Of a DNA stretch of 64,000 nt, positions 1 to 14,599 are shown piece after piece. Both the position numbers and the translations under genes were made by a program. Origin of the DNA: Octopus vulgaris (Eukaryota); contig OX597822.1 of the NCBI GenBank assembly GCA_951406725.2, positions 39,184,001-39,248,000 of the forward strand, given 5' to 3'. Below the pieces are notes generated by a model. The model did no database searches and was not told where the DNA came from. It worked only from the letters and a program-made list of their open reading frames with translations. Positions within the stretch are counted from its first letter, which is position 1. Each line of letters opens with the position of its first letter.

Positions 1-846
1 CTTGAGTATTGCTCTTACTCTTCGATAGCATTCTCTCCTGATCCTTTCCTTCATCTCTGAATGCTTTATTCCGTTCCCTTCAATTACCCCTAGGTACTTG
101 TAGCTCTCCGCTGGGTCTAGTTCTTTTATGACATTCTGCTGGTCAAGGTTAACGTTAGATGTTTCTGTCATTTTTCCTTTGATAACGGTAGATTTTGCAC
201 ACTTATCGAGGCCAAATTGCATTCTGATGTCGTCACTGAATTGTTTGACAATCGCTAGTAAGCCCTTGAGTTGTTGGTCATTTTTTGCAAAAAGCTTTAA
301 ATCATCCATGTAAATGAGATGATTTATATTTTTATCAAACATTTTATATCCGTACTGCGCGTCATTGAGCAGGTTTGAGAGAGGTATTAAGGCTAAACAG
401 AAGAGGAGTGGTGATAGTGAGTCACCCTGGAAAGTGCCACACGAATTTTTTACATCACCAGCATTTAGGGATTCATTGTCACTGTTCAGAGTTAGTGTGG
501 TTCTCCATGATCTCATACTTACAGTCAAAAAGTTTCGCAGAGTAGGTGCTATCTTATACATTTCCAGGCATTTCCTAATCCAGCTATGTGGTAGGCTATC
601 AAAAGCCTTTTTATAGTCTATCCAGGCTATTGATAAGTTTTTGTGTCGTTTGTGACAATCTTCTAAGATCATCTTATTGATGAGTAGTTGATCTTTACAG
701 CCGTAGGATCCACGTTTACATTCTTTCTGTTCATTAGGGAATATGCTGCTGTATGTTAAAAAACTATAGGTATATTCCGTCAGGACAGATGTTAGCGTTT
801 TGTACATAGTTGTTAAGTAGGTTATGGGTCTATAGTTTTTTGGTTT
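1..846 (-). mobile_element. R4/Dong-like non-LTR retrotransposon, reverse transcriptase fragment, 5'-truncated at a (GAA)n/(TAA)n array
   Basis: Minus-strand translation contains YRPITYLTTMYK, WIDYKKAFDSLPHSWI, FQGDSLSPLLF, HLIYMDDLKLF and FGLDKC. It runs off the window edge. Confidence 0.88.
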
Positions 847-857
847 ATTTGTTTCTT

Positions 858-991
<134 letters not shown>

Positions 992-1017
992 CATCATCAT
1001 CATCATTATTATTATTA

Positions 1018-1117
<100 letters not shown>

Positions 1118-1191
1118 CACGATCACCATTATTATCATTACCATTATTATTATTATCATCATCATCATCATCATCATTATTATTATCAGTA

Positions 1192-1245
<54 letters not shown>

Positions 1246-1246
<1 letters not shown>

Positions 1247-1425
1247 GGAATGACAACGGAAAAGGATGGTGTAGGCACATCCCAGAAAAGATCTCAGAAA
1301 ATGAAAAAGCAACCATACTCTGGGATATGCCAATAATCACAGATAGAGAAATCAAGGCTAATAGACCAGATATAGTTATCGGAGATCATGAAGGAAAGAA
1401 ATGTCTTCTAATAGATGTATCACAA
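1246..1425 (+). mobile_element. R4/Dong-like restriction-like endonuclease fragment
   Basis: WYRHIPEKISENEKATILWDMPIITDREIKANRPDIVI..CLLIDVS (PD..D motif), starting at a (TTA)n array. Confidence 0.8.
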
Positions 1426-2123
1426 TATCGAAAGATGAGTTACAGCACAAAGAAATTACAAAAACAAAATCATGTGGGTTTAGCATCAATCAAAGGAATG
1501 TATACCACATTAAAGGTTATAACAAAGGATATATAATAGAAATTAGAGAAATACCAGAGATGTGATTGTCGGTTGTTTGACTTTAACCAGCTGAGCATGT
1601 CCTTAGTGGCTGACGATATGTACATCTCTGATCAGGAGCGGAAGTAGTGGGGGAGCATCATAGTCATGTGTTGAGAGGAATTATTTAGGGCTTGGATAAT
1701 TTACCTCTGGAAACATGGGCGTTTTTTTCAACATCCTTAAACAAACCTTATTCTCGGACCTTTTGAGTGGGATGGGCTACTCGACCTGAAGAAAATTCTA
1801 ACTGGGTCCCACCTTGCAAGGTCATGTGCTGTTGATCTTGATGAGATCACCATGTCGGGTACGCATGCTTCTGATATATATATATAGTTGAAATTTACAA
1901 AAAAAAAAAAAAAAGACGAAGACAAATGTATAAACAACAAACTGGTGTATTAGTTTAACGCTCGGGAAGGTGAGAAAGTCTTTTACGTTTCAAGCCTATG
2001 CTCTTCAACAGAAAGGAACACGAAGATATAAACAAAAAAGAAAAAACTTCTGGAGCTAGCATATATATATATATATATTTATATAATTATATTATATTAT
2101 GTATGTATATATATACATAATGT

Positions 2124-2173
<50 letters not shown>

Positions 2174-2184
2174 GTGTATATATG

Positions 2185-2216
<32 letters not shown>

Positions 2217-3122
2217 TGTATGTATGTATGTATGTATGTGTGCGCGCGCGCGTTGTTTAGTTCCAAGTAAGTTCTGACCGAGCGAACCTAGGATTAAAAG
2301 CTTTCCAGCTGTGGTCATCCACTCTTTTTTTTTATATGCAAAGTTTGTGAATTAGTATTCGAACGATATTTGGCTGCTCTTACTGGAATATCGAAGGTTC
2401 ACATCGAAACTTCTTCGCACAAATAACGCTGTCAACAATGCTAAACAGAGATATCGTTGATTCATAAGTTCAGACACTGCTTATCTGTCTCCGATAAAGT
2501 GAAAAGAAAGCAACAATTTTCAATAACAAAGCAGTTAATTCACTGTTTATATCCTCATGATATGTCGACGATCGATAACGAAATTTGATGGGCCAAAAGT
2601 ACATGGAAATTTGATTGATCGTGGAAAAAAAAATCGCTGAAAAATTCGTCACACGATCATATATTCATCAGCAGGCGCAGAATATTGAATAACTTCACAT
2701 GTTCACATGCGAAAACACGTGATGTTTGTATGTATCATGTACTATAACAACTGGTATCGTGTGCTATTTCTATTTAATACAGCTTCATGCCCCATAATCA
2801 CTCGAAAGCAGCATGATGCATCTATTATTAAAGTTTTAACGACGATCAATAAAAGAATGCTTTTTTGTTTTTAATAAATGAATATCCTTTTTTTTTCAGC
2901 CTAAAGAAAATCCATTACGTAGAAAATAGAGCATTTTATCCTGTTGGTAATTGGAAATTTGTCCATAATTTGTCACAGAAGTGTCTGCAAAAATCCAGTA
3001 ATTGCGATGTTTTGATCGAAGTTGGAAAGGATTTTATAGAATGTGAGACTTCCCTTAGAGAGATAAATCGCATCTTCTTGAGCAGTTAATGCAGGACACA
3101 GATTCAATAACGGACCAATCGA

Positions 3123-3197
<75 letters not shown>

Positions 3198-3198
3198 A

Positions 3199-3276
<78 letters not shown>

Positions 3277-4257
3277 TTGATAATAATAACTATAATCTTT
3301 TCTATTTTAGGCACACAGCCTGAAATTTGTGGGGAGGAGACTGGTCGATTACATCGACCCCAGCACTCAACTGGTACTTAATTTATCAACCCCGAAAGGA
3401 TGAAAGGTAAATTCGACCTCGGCGGTATTTGAACGTAAAGGAAGACGAAAAACCGCTGAGCATTCTGCCCGGTGTGCTAACGATTCTGCCAGCTCGTCGC
3501 CATAATAATGACTCTTTTACTAATTTATTTGTTTCAGTCATTTGACTGTGGCCATGCTGGAGCATCGACTTTAGTCGAGCCAATCGACCACAGGACTTAT
3601 TCTTTGTAAGCCCAGTACTTATTCTATCGGTCTCTTTTGCCGAACCGCTAAGCTACGCGGACGTAAACACACCAACATCGGTTGTCAAGCGATGTTGTGG
3701 GGACAAACACAGACACACAAACATATACACACATATATACATATGTATACAAATGTCTTCAACTATAGCCTCGCGCCGACCAAAGCCTTGTGAGTGGATT
3801 TGGTTAGCGAAAACAGAAAGAAGCACGTCGTACACACACACACACACACACACGCACACACATACATATAAGTATATAAGTAGCTTGGTTACCAACCACA
3901 TGGTTCCAGGTTCTATCCCGCTGCGTGGCACCTTGGGCAAGTGTTTTCTACTATAGCTTCGGGCCGACCAAAGCCTTGTGAGTGGATTTGGTAGACGGAA
4001 ACTGAAAGAAGCCCGTCATATATATGTATACATATATGTATGTGTGTGTATATGTTTGTGTGTCTGTGTTTGTCCACCCAACATCGCTTGACAACCGATG
4101 CTGGTGTGTTTACGTCCCCGTAACTTAGCGGTTCGGCAAAAGAGACCGATAGATTAAGTACTAGGCTTACAAAGAATAAGTGCTGGGGTCGATTTGCTTG
4201 ACTAAAGGCGATGCTCCAGCATGGCCACAGTCAAATGACTGAAACAAGTAAAAGAGA

Positions 4258-4348
<91 letters not shown>

Positions 4349-4351
<3 letters not shown>

Positions 4352-5940
4352 TGGCGAAAATAAATTTAAGGCCGATGATAAAAGTTCTATTTCTTACAAA
4401 ATGTTTTGTTACTAACACCATACAAATTATTTTTATACTTTACACTTTATGCAGAATTCATTTGTCTTTCGAATGATGTAGATAATTACTAATTTCATAC
4501 AATTTGAAGAGTTCTAATACTAAATTAATATAAACGTTTCAAATTTACAGGCAAAATTAGTTTAAGACCATATCATTATAATTTTATTTAAAGCTTAAGA
4601 TTGTAGCAAAAATGAGCAACAAGAACGAAATACATATTAGTACTTTGTGCCTTAGCCTTTATTCTTAATAACAGCTGAACAACGCCTCGGCATTGAATTC
4701 CCTAAGTGATTACAAAATTCTATGGGAATGTTTTGCTATATTTCATTGATATAATCGAATAATTGTTTTAGATTAGATGGTTTTTAACATGTACTTTTTT
4801 GGAAACATAATTCCACAAGTTCTCCGGGCTCTGGGGAGGGCATTCGATTACGTCAATATTATGGCGATCAAAAACTTCCATAACCTTTTTGGCTTTGTGC
4901 ACAGGACTATTGTCTTGCTGATAAATAGCCCCCGGAGGCATTTGGTGAGTCAAATATGGTACAACATTATCCTTTAGTACATTTATATAACCTACACTAT
5001 TTAGCTTTCCATCAACTTTAACTAGAGGGCCAACACCAAAGCTACTATATGCCGCCCAAACCATCACCCCCACCCCGCTTGCGGATGGAATTCCTCGGTT
5101 GGGCGACGTCTGACGTATGTTTTACCATCTAATCCAAACATACAGAAGCGTGACTCGTCACTCTAAAGGGCCCTGCACCAATCTTTGGCAGTCTATTGAG
5201 CATGGCTTTTTGCGAAATTAAGGCGTTTTAGTCGAAATCTTTCGGATATTATTGGCTTTTTCCTAGCGATTCGTTCATGTAGTCCAAATTCTCTAAAACG
5301 GTTGAGGATGGTTTGAGGTGTAAAAATAAAACCATTCTCGTTGGACAATTGTTTACAAATGTCAACGGCTGTAAGCATTCGGTTGCCTTCCGAAAGTCGG
5401 TGGATTCGACAGTTCAAATGCGCCGTTGTTTTTCTTGAGGTGCGAGTCCTTTGCCGATCTTTATATTGACCAGTCTCCGAGTATAACTTCCACGCTTGCA
5501 CGCAAGCCGTTTTACTGCACTTTAGTTGCTTGCTGAAGTTCGAAACGGAAATTTTTTTGGTGGTGTAATACGGTTTTTGCTCTCGTGATTGAACTGAGGC
5601 TACGTTGTTTTCCCATTATTAATCAATTGTATAATAACGTTAAATTATAACACTATATAGTTCAGTTAGGCTAGTTGTGTGACCACTTATTTTGGCAAAA
5701 AATTGCATACATATTAAATAGTCTTAAACTAATTTTGCCGGTAAATTTGAAACGTTTATATTAATTTAGTATTAGAATTCTTCAAGTTGTATAAAAATAG
5801 TAATTGCCTGCATCATTCGAAAGAGAAATAAATTCTGCATAAGGTGTAAAATATAAAAATAATTTGTATGGTGTTAGTAACAAAATATTTTGTAAGAAAT
5901 AGAACTTTTATCGTCGGTCTTAAATTTATTTTCGCCAGTG
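4349..5940 (-). mobile_element. Full-length decayed Tc1-family DNA transposon (~1.59 kb) with ~220-bp terminal inverted repeats
   Basis: CACTGGCGAAAATAAATTTAAG... (4349-4570) mirrors ...CTTAAATTTATTTTCGCCAGTG (about 5720-5940). The left end lies in (TA)n. Confidence 0.93.
4637..5616 (-). pseudogene. Tc1-like transposase pseudogene
   Basis: ARKKP..RLNFAK, SDESRF, VMVWAA, YQQDNSPVH, PPQSP-ENLW (DLNPI deleted) and terminal TKY*. Internal stops and frameshifts. Confidence 0.9.
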
Positions 5941-6234
5941 TTTATATTTATTTACATTAAGGCCATTACTACACGTAAATGCCCCACGCTATGAGGGACT
6001 CCTAAAGTCAAAACTACCATAATAAATACCCAGGGTATTTATTATGGTAGTTTTAACTTTAAGGGTCCCTCATACCCTGAGGCATTTAAGTGTAATAATG
6101 CCCTTAATGTAAATAAATATATTTAAAGGGAATAATTATAAACTTTTCCCTTATGAGGTCTTCATGGTGACTACTTGATAAATTCTTATAAAGATTTTAT
6201 TCTATTTTAAATTTACATATATATATATATGTAT

Positions 6235-6327
<93 letters not shown>

Positions 6328-6819
6328 TGTGTTTAGAGATGTGAATATATAATACACATATGGTTTCCGTCCACCAAAACCTGCTCACAGAAACGTTGAT
6401 GTCTTGTTTGCCAAGATGCTGTGCAATGAGATCGAACACGGAATAATGTATTAGCGAAACGGATCTCTTGTCTACAGAGCAATGCTGCCAATGGTAAAGT
6501 GGGCTGAGTGGATTTAGTAGCGTCAAAATCGATAATGATCGCTGTTTTCTATATTATCTCGTTACTCAAACCTTTAATCAATGATCAGTGTTCGATATGG
6601 ATATAAATACAGTTTAACTTCAGGGTCTTGAACAATCTATACATACATACATACATACATACATACATACATACATACATACATACATACATACATACAC
6701 ATAAATACATGCATACATACATACACACATACATATATACATACGTACATACATACATACATACAAAGAAACACATACAAAGATGCACACATACATACAT
6801 ACACACACATACAAAGATG

Positions 6820-6861
<42 letters not shown>

Positions 6862-7397
6862 CATACGCACACACATACATATATATACATACATACACAC
6901 ATACACATACAAACATACATACTTAAATACATAGCGTCAGGCTACATACACATACATATATGCAGGCATACATACATACATACGTACACACATACACATG
7001 CAAAGATGCATACATACATATATATATACACATACATACATACACGCACATACAAACATACATACATACATACATGCACATACACATACAAGTATATATA
7101 CATAAATACATACACACATACATACATATAATAATATGTGTACGTATGTGTATGTGCATCATCGTGTATGTGTGTGTGTGTGTGTGTGTGTCTATAATAT
7201 AATTTATTGTTTTTGACATTATTTTTTTATCGACACATACAAAAAGGTGAGGATAAACCAGTTATTGATTTGTAAGTATTCGATACTCAGCGTATATTTG
7301 TAACTTTTGTTTGAGTTGCTAAACAGTCTTTTTATTTCATTAGCTACTCAGCTGTTTGTTTTCGTTTTTTTTACATCACGAAAATCATCATAATCGC

Positions 7398-7453
<56 letters not shown>

Positions 7454-7681
7454 GCTTCATCTTCATTACCATCGGCGAGCTGGCAGAATCGTTAGCACGC
7501 CGGGCAAAATGCTTAGCGGCATTTCGTCTGTCTTTATGTACTGCGTTCAAATTCCACTGAGGTCGACTTTGCCTTTCATCCCTTAGGGGTTCGATGAAAT
7601 AAGTACCTTTGAAACACTTGGGTCGACGAAATCAACTATTCCCCTCCCCAAATTTTAGGTCTTGTGCCTATAGTAGAGAGG

Positions 7682-7766
<85 letters not shown>

Positions 7767-7902
7767 TATGTTTGACTTTTGCTTTATATTTGTACAAGTT
7801 GGCTCCAAGTCTCACCCAGAGACCTCAAGAGACAAGAGGTTGGAAGTCGTGTTGTTGTTATGCCTAGTGTGCCATATATTTGGTTTTGTATTTAGTGTTT
7901 TG

Positions 7903-7994
<92 letters not shown>

Positions 7995-7997
7995 GCT

Positions 7998-8460
7998 AAC
8001 CTGTGGGTTTATGTCGAACACCTGCTGTCGCGTGTGGGATACATCCGGCTACCAGCTGAAGCCATTATGAAGATTGTGCCGCCGCCCTTTTTTGACCGGA
8101 ATGGGCGAGCAATTTTTATTTGTCTAGTGGCTGTAGCGAAAGAGGTAGTATGGTGGACCCGTTTGAAAGGGCTAAAGATAGACACTTTCCTCTTTGGCAA
8201 AGCCCTCATCAAATTTTTCAAGTTTCACTTGAAAAGGAAGTTGAGGGTGGAGAGAGAAGTGTTGCCTTATAACAAGTTTGTTGAAAGGTGAGTGAATGTT
8301 GGAAGAATGGCCAGTGTGAAAGGACCAATTCTGAGCGTGCACCTGTAAAAAGGGAATCAAAGGAGATGAGTACGTTGTGTAATTTGGTTTTTGGCCCCTG
8401 CCGAGACAGACTGAAAAGTTTGACGCGTGATCATGTGTAAAGATAAACGCCATCAGTTGG
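7998..8460 (+). mobile_element. Tx1/L1-like LINE 3' fragment
   Basis: LVAVAKEVVWWTR..FHLKRKLRVEREVL..KFVER resembles ORF2 C-termini. A related piece lies at ~13.7 kb. Confidence 0.55.
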
Positions 8461-8879
8461 TGTTTCACAGGGTTTTGCTGAGCACACAGTCTTGTTTCAT
8501 TGGAGGAGCTGGATACAATGCTAACTTCTGAAGAATTGGGCAAAACCAGATAGATAGATAGATAGATAGATACATACATACATACATACATACATACATA
8601 CATACATACATACAAAGATACATACAAACAAATATATATATATATATATATATTTCCTTTATTCTTTTACTAGTTTCAGTCATTTGACTGTGGCCCTGCC
8701 GGAATACCGCCTTTAGTCGAACAAAACGACCTCTAGCCTAGTACTTATTCTAACAGTCTCTTTTGCCTGCCGACCCGCTAAGTTACGGGGACGTAAACAC
8801 ACCAACATCGGTTGTCAAGCGATTGTAGAGAGACGAACAGACACACAAACATACATACATACATACATACATACATACA

Positions 8880-8962
<83 letters not shown>

Positions 8963-9698
8963 GACGAGATTCAGCTTCCGTCTACCAAATCAATTCACAA
9001 GGCTTTAGTCGGCCCGAGGCAATAGTAGAAGACACTTGCTCAAGGTGCCACGCAGTGTAACTGAACTCGGAACCATGTGTTTGGTAAGCAAGCTACTTAC
9101 CACAGTCCTGCGCTTTATACATCAGTTATACATCATATTTAATCCAAATGAGTCCGACATACATTTCTGTTGCATAGACACGTCGCAACTACATTTGTAC
9201 TCTGTTTCATTCATCTAGTTAGTAGTCTATGGAACTTTATTCAAGGACCAGTCACTGTCAGGGTTTGTACCGATCATATGCAGAACACACTTAAATTAAG
9301 TGTACTGTATATTTGACAGTAAGAATAAAAAAACATACATATATATTAATCTCTGTATTCATTGAAATTGCCTTGGCTAAACACTCGGTAAAATATTTAT
9401 AATTCAGTGAAACGCACTCAGGATGGGATTGCTTACCTCAAATAATCCTTGAATATTGGGATTGCTTACCTCAAATAATCCTCGATGCTCCTTACCACTT
9501 GATGCTGTTAGTCATAGCTTGAATTATAATAGGGTACCCGCCTGGACATATTGTCCCTATCAATTCACTATATACACATACACGTACACACGTTTGGTCC
9601 CAAACTTTACAAAAAGAAAATAAGAACAAAAGGTAGAGACAGGTGAGAGATCAACAAACAAGATGTATTAGTTTGACGCTGAAGGAAAATGGAATAGT

Positions 9699-9734
9699 CT
9701 TTGACGTTTCGAACCTACGCTCTTCTACAGAAAG
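9699..9734 (-). ncRNA. Minimal hammerhead-like motif, CUGU-N-GA variant (also 1980-2015, 15597-15632 and 41509-41544 on minus; 20897-20932 on plus, decayed)
   Basis: cttt-CTGTAGA-A-GAGC gtag GTTC-GAAAC-GTC-aaag. Confidence 0.55.
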
Positions 9735-9792
9735 GAATGGGTAGAGCAAACCAATGGAGAGACGAAAAGAAAAAACTGAAAAAGAATAAAAC

Positions 9793-9857
<65 letters not shown>

Positions 9858-9858
<1 letters not shown>

Positions 9859-9958
9859 GAGGGGTGTATGAAAAATCTTCAGCCTAAAAAACAAAACATG
9901 GTACAAGACTTCAAAGCTCAAGGGTCTTGACGGCTCAAAACTTTTCATACATCCCTCG
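9858..9958. mobile_element. mariner-type MITE (101 bp)
   Basis: TA|CGAGGGGTGTATGAAAA ... TTTTCATACATCCCTCG|TA; inverted ends with TA flanks. Confidence 0.8.
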
Positions 9959-10018
<60 letters not shown>

Positions 10019-10848
10019 CAAAATAAGCAACAAGAATAACTTCGGTAATTTGGTACGATCGTTTCACGCTACATCATTTTATTAAATGTTGTAAGTATTA
10101 CAATAGTTTTAAAATGTTGAGCAATCATCACCCATTAATACATAATTTTCATATCAATTGATAATATTATAGAGAAGGTAGATGCATAGACAAATATGTC
10201 GATTTGAATTTTAAGAACATTTGGGTAGTAGAGTTTATCAACTGACTGAAGAATATTCAGAATATTCAGTTATTTTGAACTGCTAGAAGGTTTGGGAAGA
10301 ATGATCAGTTGAAAGAAGGCAAAAAAGATTTTCTATTTATAGAAATAGGGGTGAAATAGATGTCAAAGTTCTTTATAAAGAAATTAAGGTAGAGAGAGGG
10401 TTGTACTGCTACAGAGGCTGTTTACTACTATTTGGCAAACAGATTTTGTATTAGGAAAACTAGGTCAATGTCAGATGGTCCCAGTGACCACTTATAGAGA
10501 ATACAGAGATCCTTTTATACTTATATACATCAACTTTATACTTAGCTGATAGGTTTCGAATACTTTGATACGTTGGATTAAAGGGGAAATTATAAATCTA
10601 ATAATTGATAGATTTTTCTCCAAAATGAATAAATATTAGATTTATAATTTCCTCTTTAATCCAACCTATCAAAATATTCAAAACCTATCAGCTAAGTATA
10701 TTACCGAAGTTATTCTTGTTGCTTATTTTGATTATAATCACCCCATGGATTTATATGGATAACACCATACTAAATTCTGGTGCATCTAACTTAAGTACCA
10801 TATTCATTTGAATCTAAATTTTACTGAACTTATATATATATAAATATG

Positions 10849-10944
<96 letters not shown>

Positions 10945-11587
10945 CATATACATATACATATACATATATACACATATGCATATACATATGTATATACACA
11001 TATATATGCATACATATATATATAGATATACATGTGTATATGTATTGAAATTTTTTCTGAATTTTCAGATTTTTTATATATGCTAGGCTACTGGTTTTAA
11101 ATTGATATTAATTAAATTAATATTCAATTTATCTCCTTTGTTATTTAAATATATATATATATATAAATCTTTAGTTAAATATATTCTATAAAAATATTAT
11201 ATACTGAATTTGCAGTGAGTGCTCTTTTGTATCAAAATATTAAAACTATTCAAGTATTTATACATTTGATACGAGCGATTATATATGATATATAATATAT
11301 TGTTCATAATTTTAGAAAGATATATACATGTGTAGAATAATTATTGTATTAAAAATATAAATATATATAGATATATGTAAATGTGTATAAGTATAAATAT
11401 ATAATAATAATGATAAATATGACAGTTTAAAATTTAATAGTTTGAAATTAATTTTAAACTATTAACTTAGTTCCGGGTTCAGTCACACTGTGCGGCAACT
11501 TGAGCAAGTGTCTTCTACTATAGCCTCAAGCCGACCAAAGCCTTGTGAGTGGATTTGGTAGATGGAAGCTAAAAGAAGTCTGTTGTA

Positions 11588-11625
<38 letters not shown>

Positions 11626-11629
11626 CATA

Positions 11630-12096
11630 CTAGCAGAGATAACCGGCGTTGATCGGGATTAAACGGTATAGTTTGTGTGTATATATATATATTACAGTTA
11701 TGTTTAAACAGGTGATACGGCAAAGTGCAGCATTGACAACAAAACATTTGTGGGGTAAATTTTAAAACTTTGCAGAAACGACAATTTGGGTTTTGCACAC
11801 CAATTTGGACAGAATCATAATTTTTATAAGAATGGGATGAATCATATCTGGAAGCAGTTCCATGAGTTGTGAAGAACGAATTTGTACATGGTCAGTTTCT
11901 GAGAGCTATTCTATTAGACTTCTGCGTAATCTGTTGAGTTAAACGTTGTTTTTATGATTCAGCATTAAGTACTGCAGCATGCATTTACTGATCTTGGGAG
12001 AGTCTCGTCTTCTTCTCTCTTGGGACTCAATCTGATGTGCTGCAGCATGCCTTTGCTTATCTTGAGATAGCCTCATCTATCTTCTCTCTTAAGACT
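11630..12096 (-). mobile_element. Helitron remnant
   Basis: The minus-strand 3' end CCCGATCAACGCCGGTTATCTCTGCTAG resembles the element end at 42058-42085. Carries CRFCKVLKF..FCCQ, similar to the Helitron N-terminal Cys motif. Confidence 0.6.
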
Positions 12097-12188
12097 ATAT
12101 ATATATATATATATAGGTGTGGTAAGAAATTTGCTTTCCAACTACGTGGAGCTGAGTTCAGTCCCACTGCGTGACATCTTGGTTTTCT

Positions 12189-12419
12189 TATTTCTTGATT
12201 GCTCACAAGGGGCTAAACATAGAGGGGACAAACAAGGACAGACAAAGGGATTAATTCGATTACATCGACCCAGTGCGTAACTGGTACTTAATTTATCTAC
12301 CCCGAAAGGATGAAAGGCAAAGTCGACCTCGGCGGACTTTGAACTCAGAACGTAACGGCAGACGAAATATACCCATGGATTTTGTGCCCGGTGTGCTAAC
12401 GTTTCAGCCAGCTCGCCAG
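12189..12419 (-). mobile_element. SINE family A copy nested in a family B SINE, 11-bp TSD CTTGGTTTTCT
   Basis: TSD at 12178-12188 and 12420-12430. Host SINE sequence resumes after it. Confidence 0.85.
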
Positions 12420-12499
12420 CTTGGTTTTCTGTTATAGCCTCGGGTCGACCAGATCCTTGCGAGTGGATTTGGTAGAAGGAAACTGAAAGAAGCCTGTCG

Positions 12500-12541
<42 letters not shown>

Positions 12542-12607
12542 TACATATATACATATATATACATATATACATACATACATACATATATACATACATACAT
12601 ATATATA

Positions 12608-12679
<72 letters not shown>

Positions 12680-13699
12680 CATGTGAGTGTGTATGTGTCT
12701 GTGTTTGTCCTCTGTCACAGCTTGACAACTGGTGTTTGTGTGTTTACATCCCCGTAAGGTAGCAGTTTAACCCCTAGAAACCGATAGTATAAGTGCCTAT
12801 CTTAAAAGAAGTATACTAAGTACTCGGTGCCAATTCATTCGGTTAACAATTCATGACGGCGGTGCTCCAGCGTGGTCCCCGTCTAATGACCGCAGTGACT
12901 GAAACAAGAGATAAACTTATCATCGTTTAAAGCCTGATTTTTATTCTACCTGGTCCTTGTTGGCGAACTGTTTAGTTGCGGGAACGTAAACACACCAACA
13001 CCAGTTGACAGGTGATGGTGGTGGACAGTGATGCGCACACGTACCTCCTTGTACACAATGCACTTCATTTCACATTGCTCTGCGACCATTCCGTCGTTTG
13101 ACATGTGGTACCCGTTGCACCTGTACAGGTAATGTCGATTCGATGGAGGAAGTGAGCTTAAGTGTACACAGACATTTGATCACTATAAGTAAATCATTTG
13201 TGTAGTTGTTCAGCAAGAAATTCAATTCTTTATTTGCCACTGAGGGCTTTACACTGAAAGACAATATAGGACAGAGAGAGTGGTGTCATTCACGTAATCA
13301 GTTGAGTAGAAAACTAACGTCGATGAACAAGGGTACAATTTGCCCCTAAAAAGGAGGATTTTTCGGGCGTGCACCTCCCCTGCTAAGCAGGTTCAATTTT
13401 GAAGATGCACAAAATCAGAATAGATTAAACACACTTTTGCAACAGGAAAGTAACAACACTTATGAGCTCACAAAAACACAGATCCGTTAGCGAGAAATTC
13501 TTTTCTTTATTAGCCACTAAGGTCCTGATATAGAAGAACGATACAAGACATACGGGTGGGGTCATATATACATGCGTGTAAACAGTTTTAACAATGATAA
13601 AGGCTAAAAATTTCAGATGTAAACAAAAACAGACGTGGTTCCCAAAAGAGGGAATATTCTGGGTTGATCGTCGAAACCCCACAAGCCACAAGACAACCT

Positions 13700-14040
13700 T
13701 TCCGCTAGAGCCAAAACCTAGAAACTTATGCTGAAGTTAGACCCATTCAATCGAACCTTTCGTGCAACTTTCACCCATCCTTCCTCAAACTTTCACAAGG
13801 GCAGCTCCTCCCTCTCCGATTCAAGTTTTCTTTTCCATTGAAACCTGGAATGGTTGATTAAACCACTGCCGGAGAGAAAGATGCCTGTCCTCAAACATTT
13901 CACTCGCGACAGCCGCACAACCTATTTTGCACGTCCTGAACCAATGACCTGAGGTCGTTTAGAAAGCGTTCCTGTTTCCAAGCGATCCCAAGCCACGTAT
14001 ATTCAAACTACCTAACTTTAGCATGACCAGAAAGGAAACA
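13700..14040 (-). mobile_element. Tx1/L1-like LINE 3' fragment (decayed)
   Basis: FQWKRKLESEREELPL*KFEEGWVKVAR aligns by eye with the 8.2 kb fragment. Confidence 0.5.
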
Positions 14041-14526
14041 ATGTAGTGCTTACTGTTTCTGGGCTGGGGGAAGGCGAGTGGTTTTCTCACTCATCTGGCT
14101 GGCTGTGGGTGTTACCACGATCAGATTTTCGTACATTGTTTTACTTACTGTCTTTTGGAATTTGCTCACTGCGTCGGGGAAATTTACTTTTAGGTCGATG
14201 AAGTTGTTGTTCGAAATGGAGAGTATTTATATGTGTTGTGAAGCGCCCAATGGTGTGCGAAGAAAATCGTTTGGGGTGATGTCTGTGTGTTCCTACATGT
14301 AATCCATGAGTTGTGCATAGGTATAGTGCTTTGTAGATGATCGTTTTTCGTGCTGTGTACTGTGTAATTTCGCAAGGGTTGGGGGTAATACATTTATGCG
14401 ATTTCTTTGTCGGTAGAGACTTAGCAGACGTTTGCAAGTCAACGAGGTTATCGGAACATAACTCAAAGAATACATAACATGTAAATGCCAGCTACCCGAG
14501 TAGAAACTTCAATAACAAACTATTCT

Positions 14527-14599
<73 letters not shown>

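Noticed and set aside
9425-9482. Short direct repeats (also 39821-39870) as a CRISPR-like array
   Set aside because: Two-copy tandem duplications in eukaryotic DNA, with no spacer array or cas genes.
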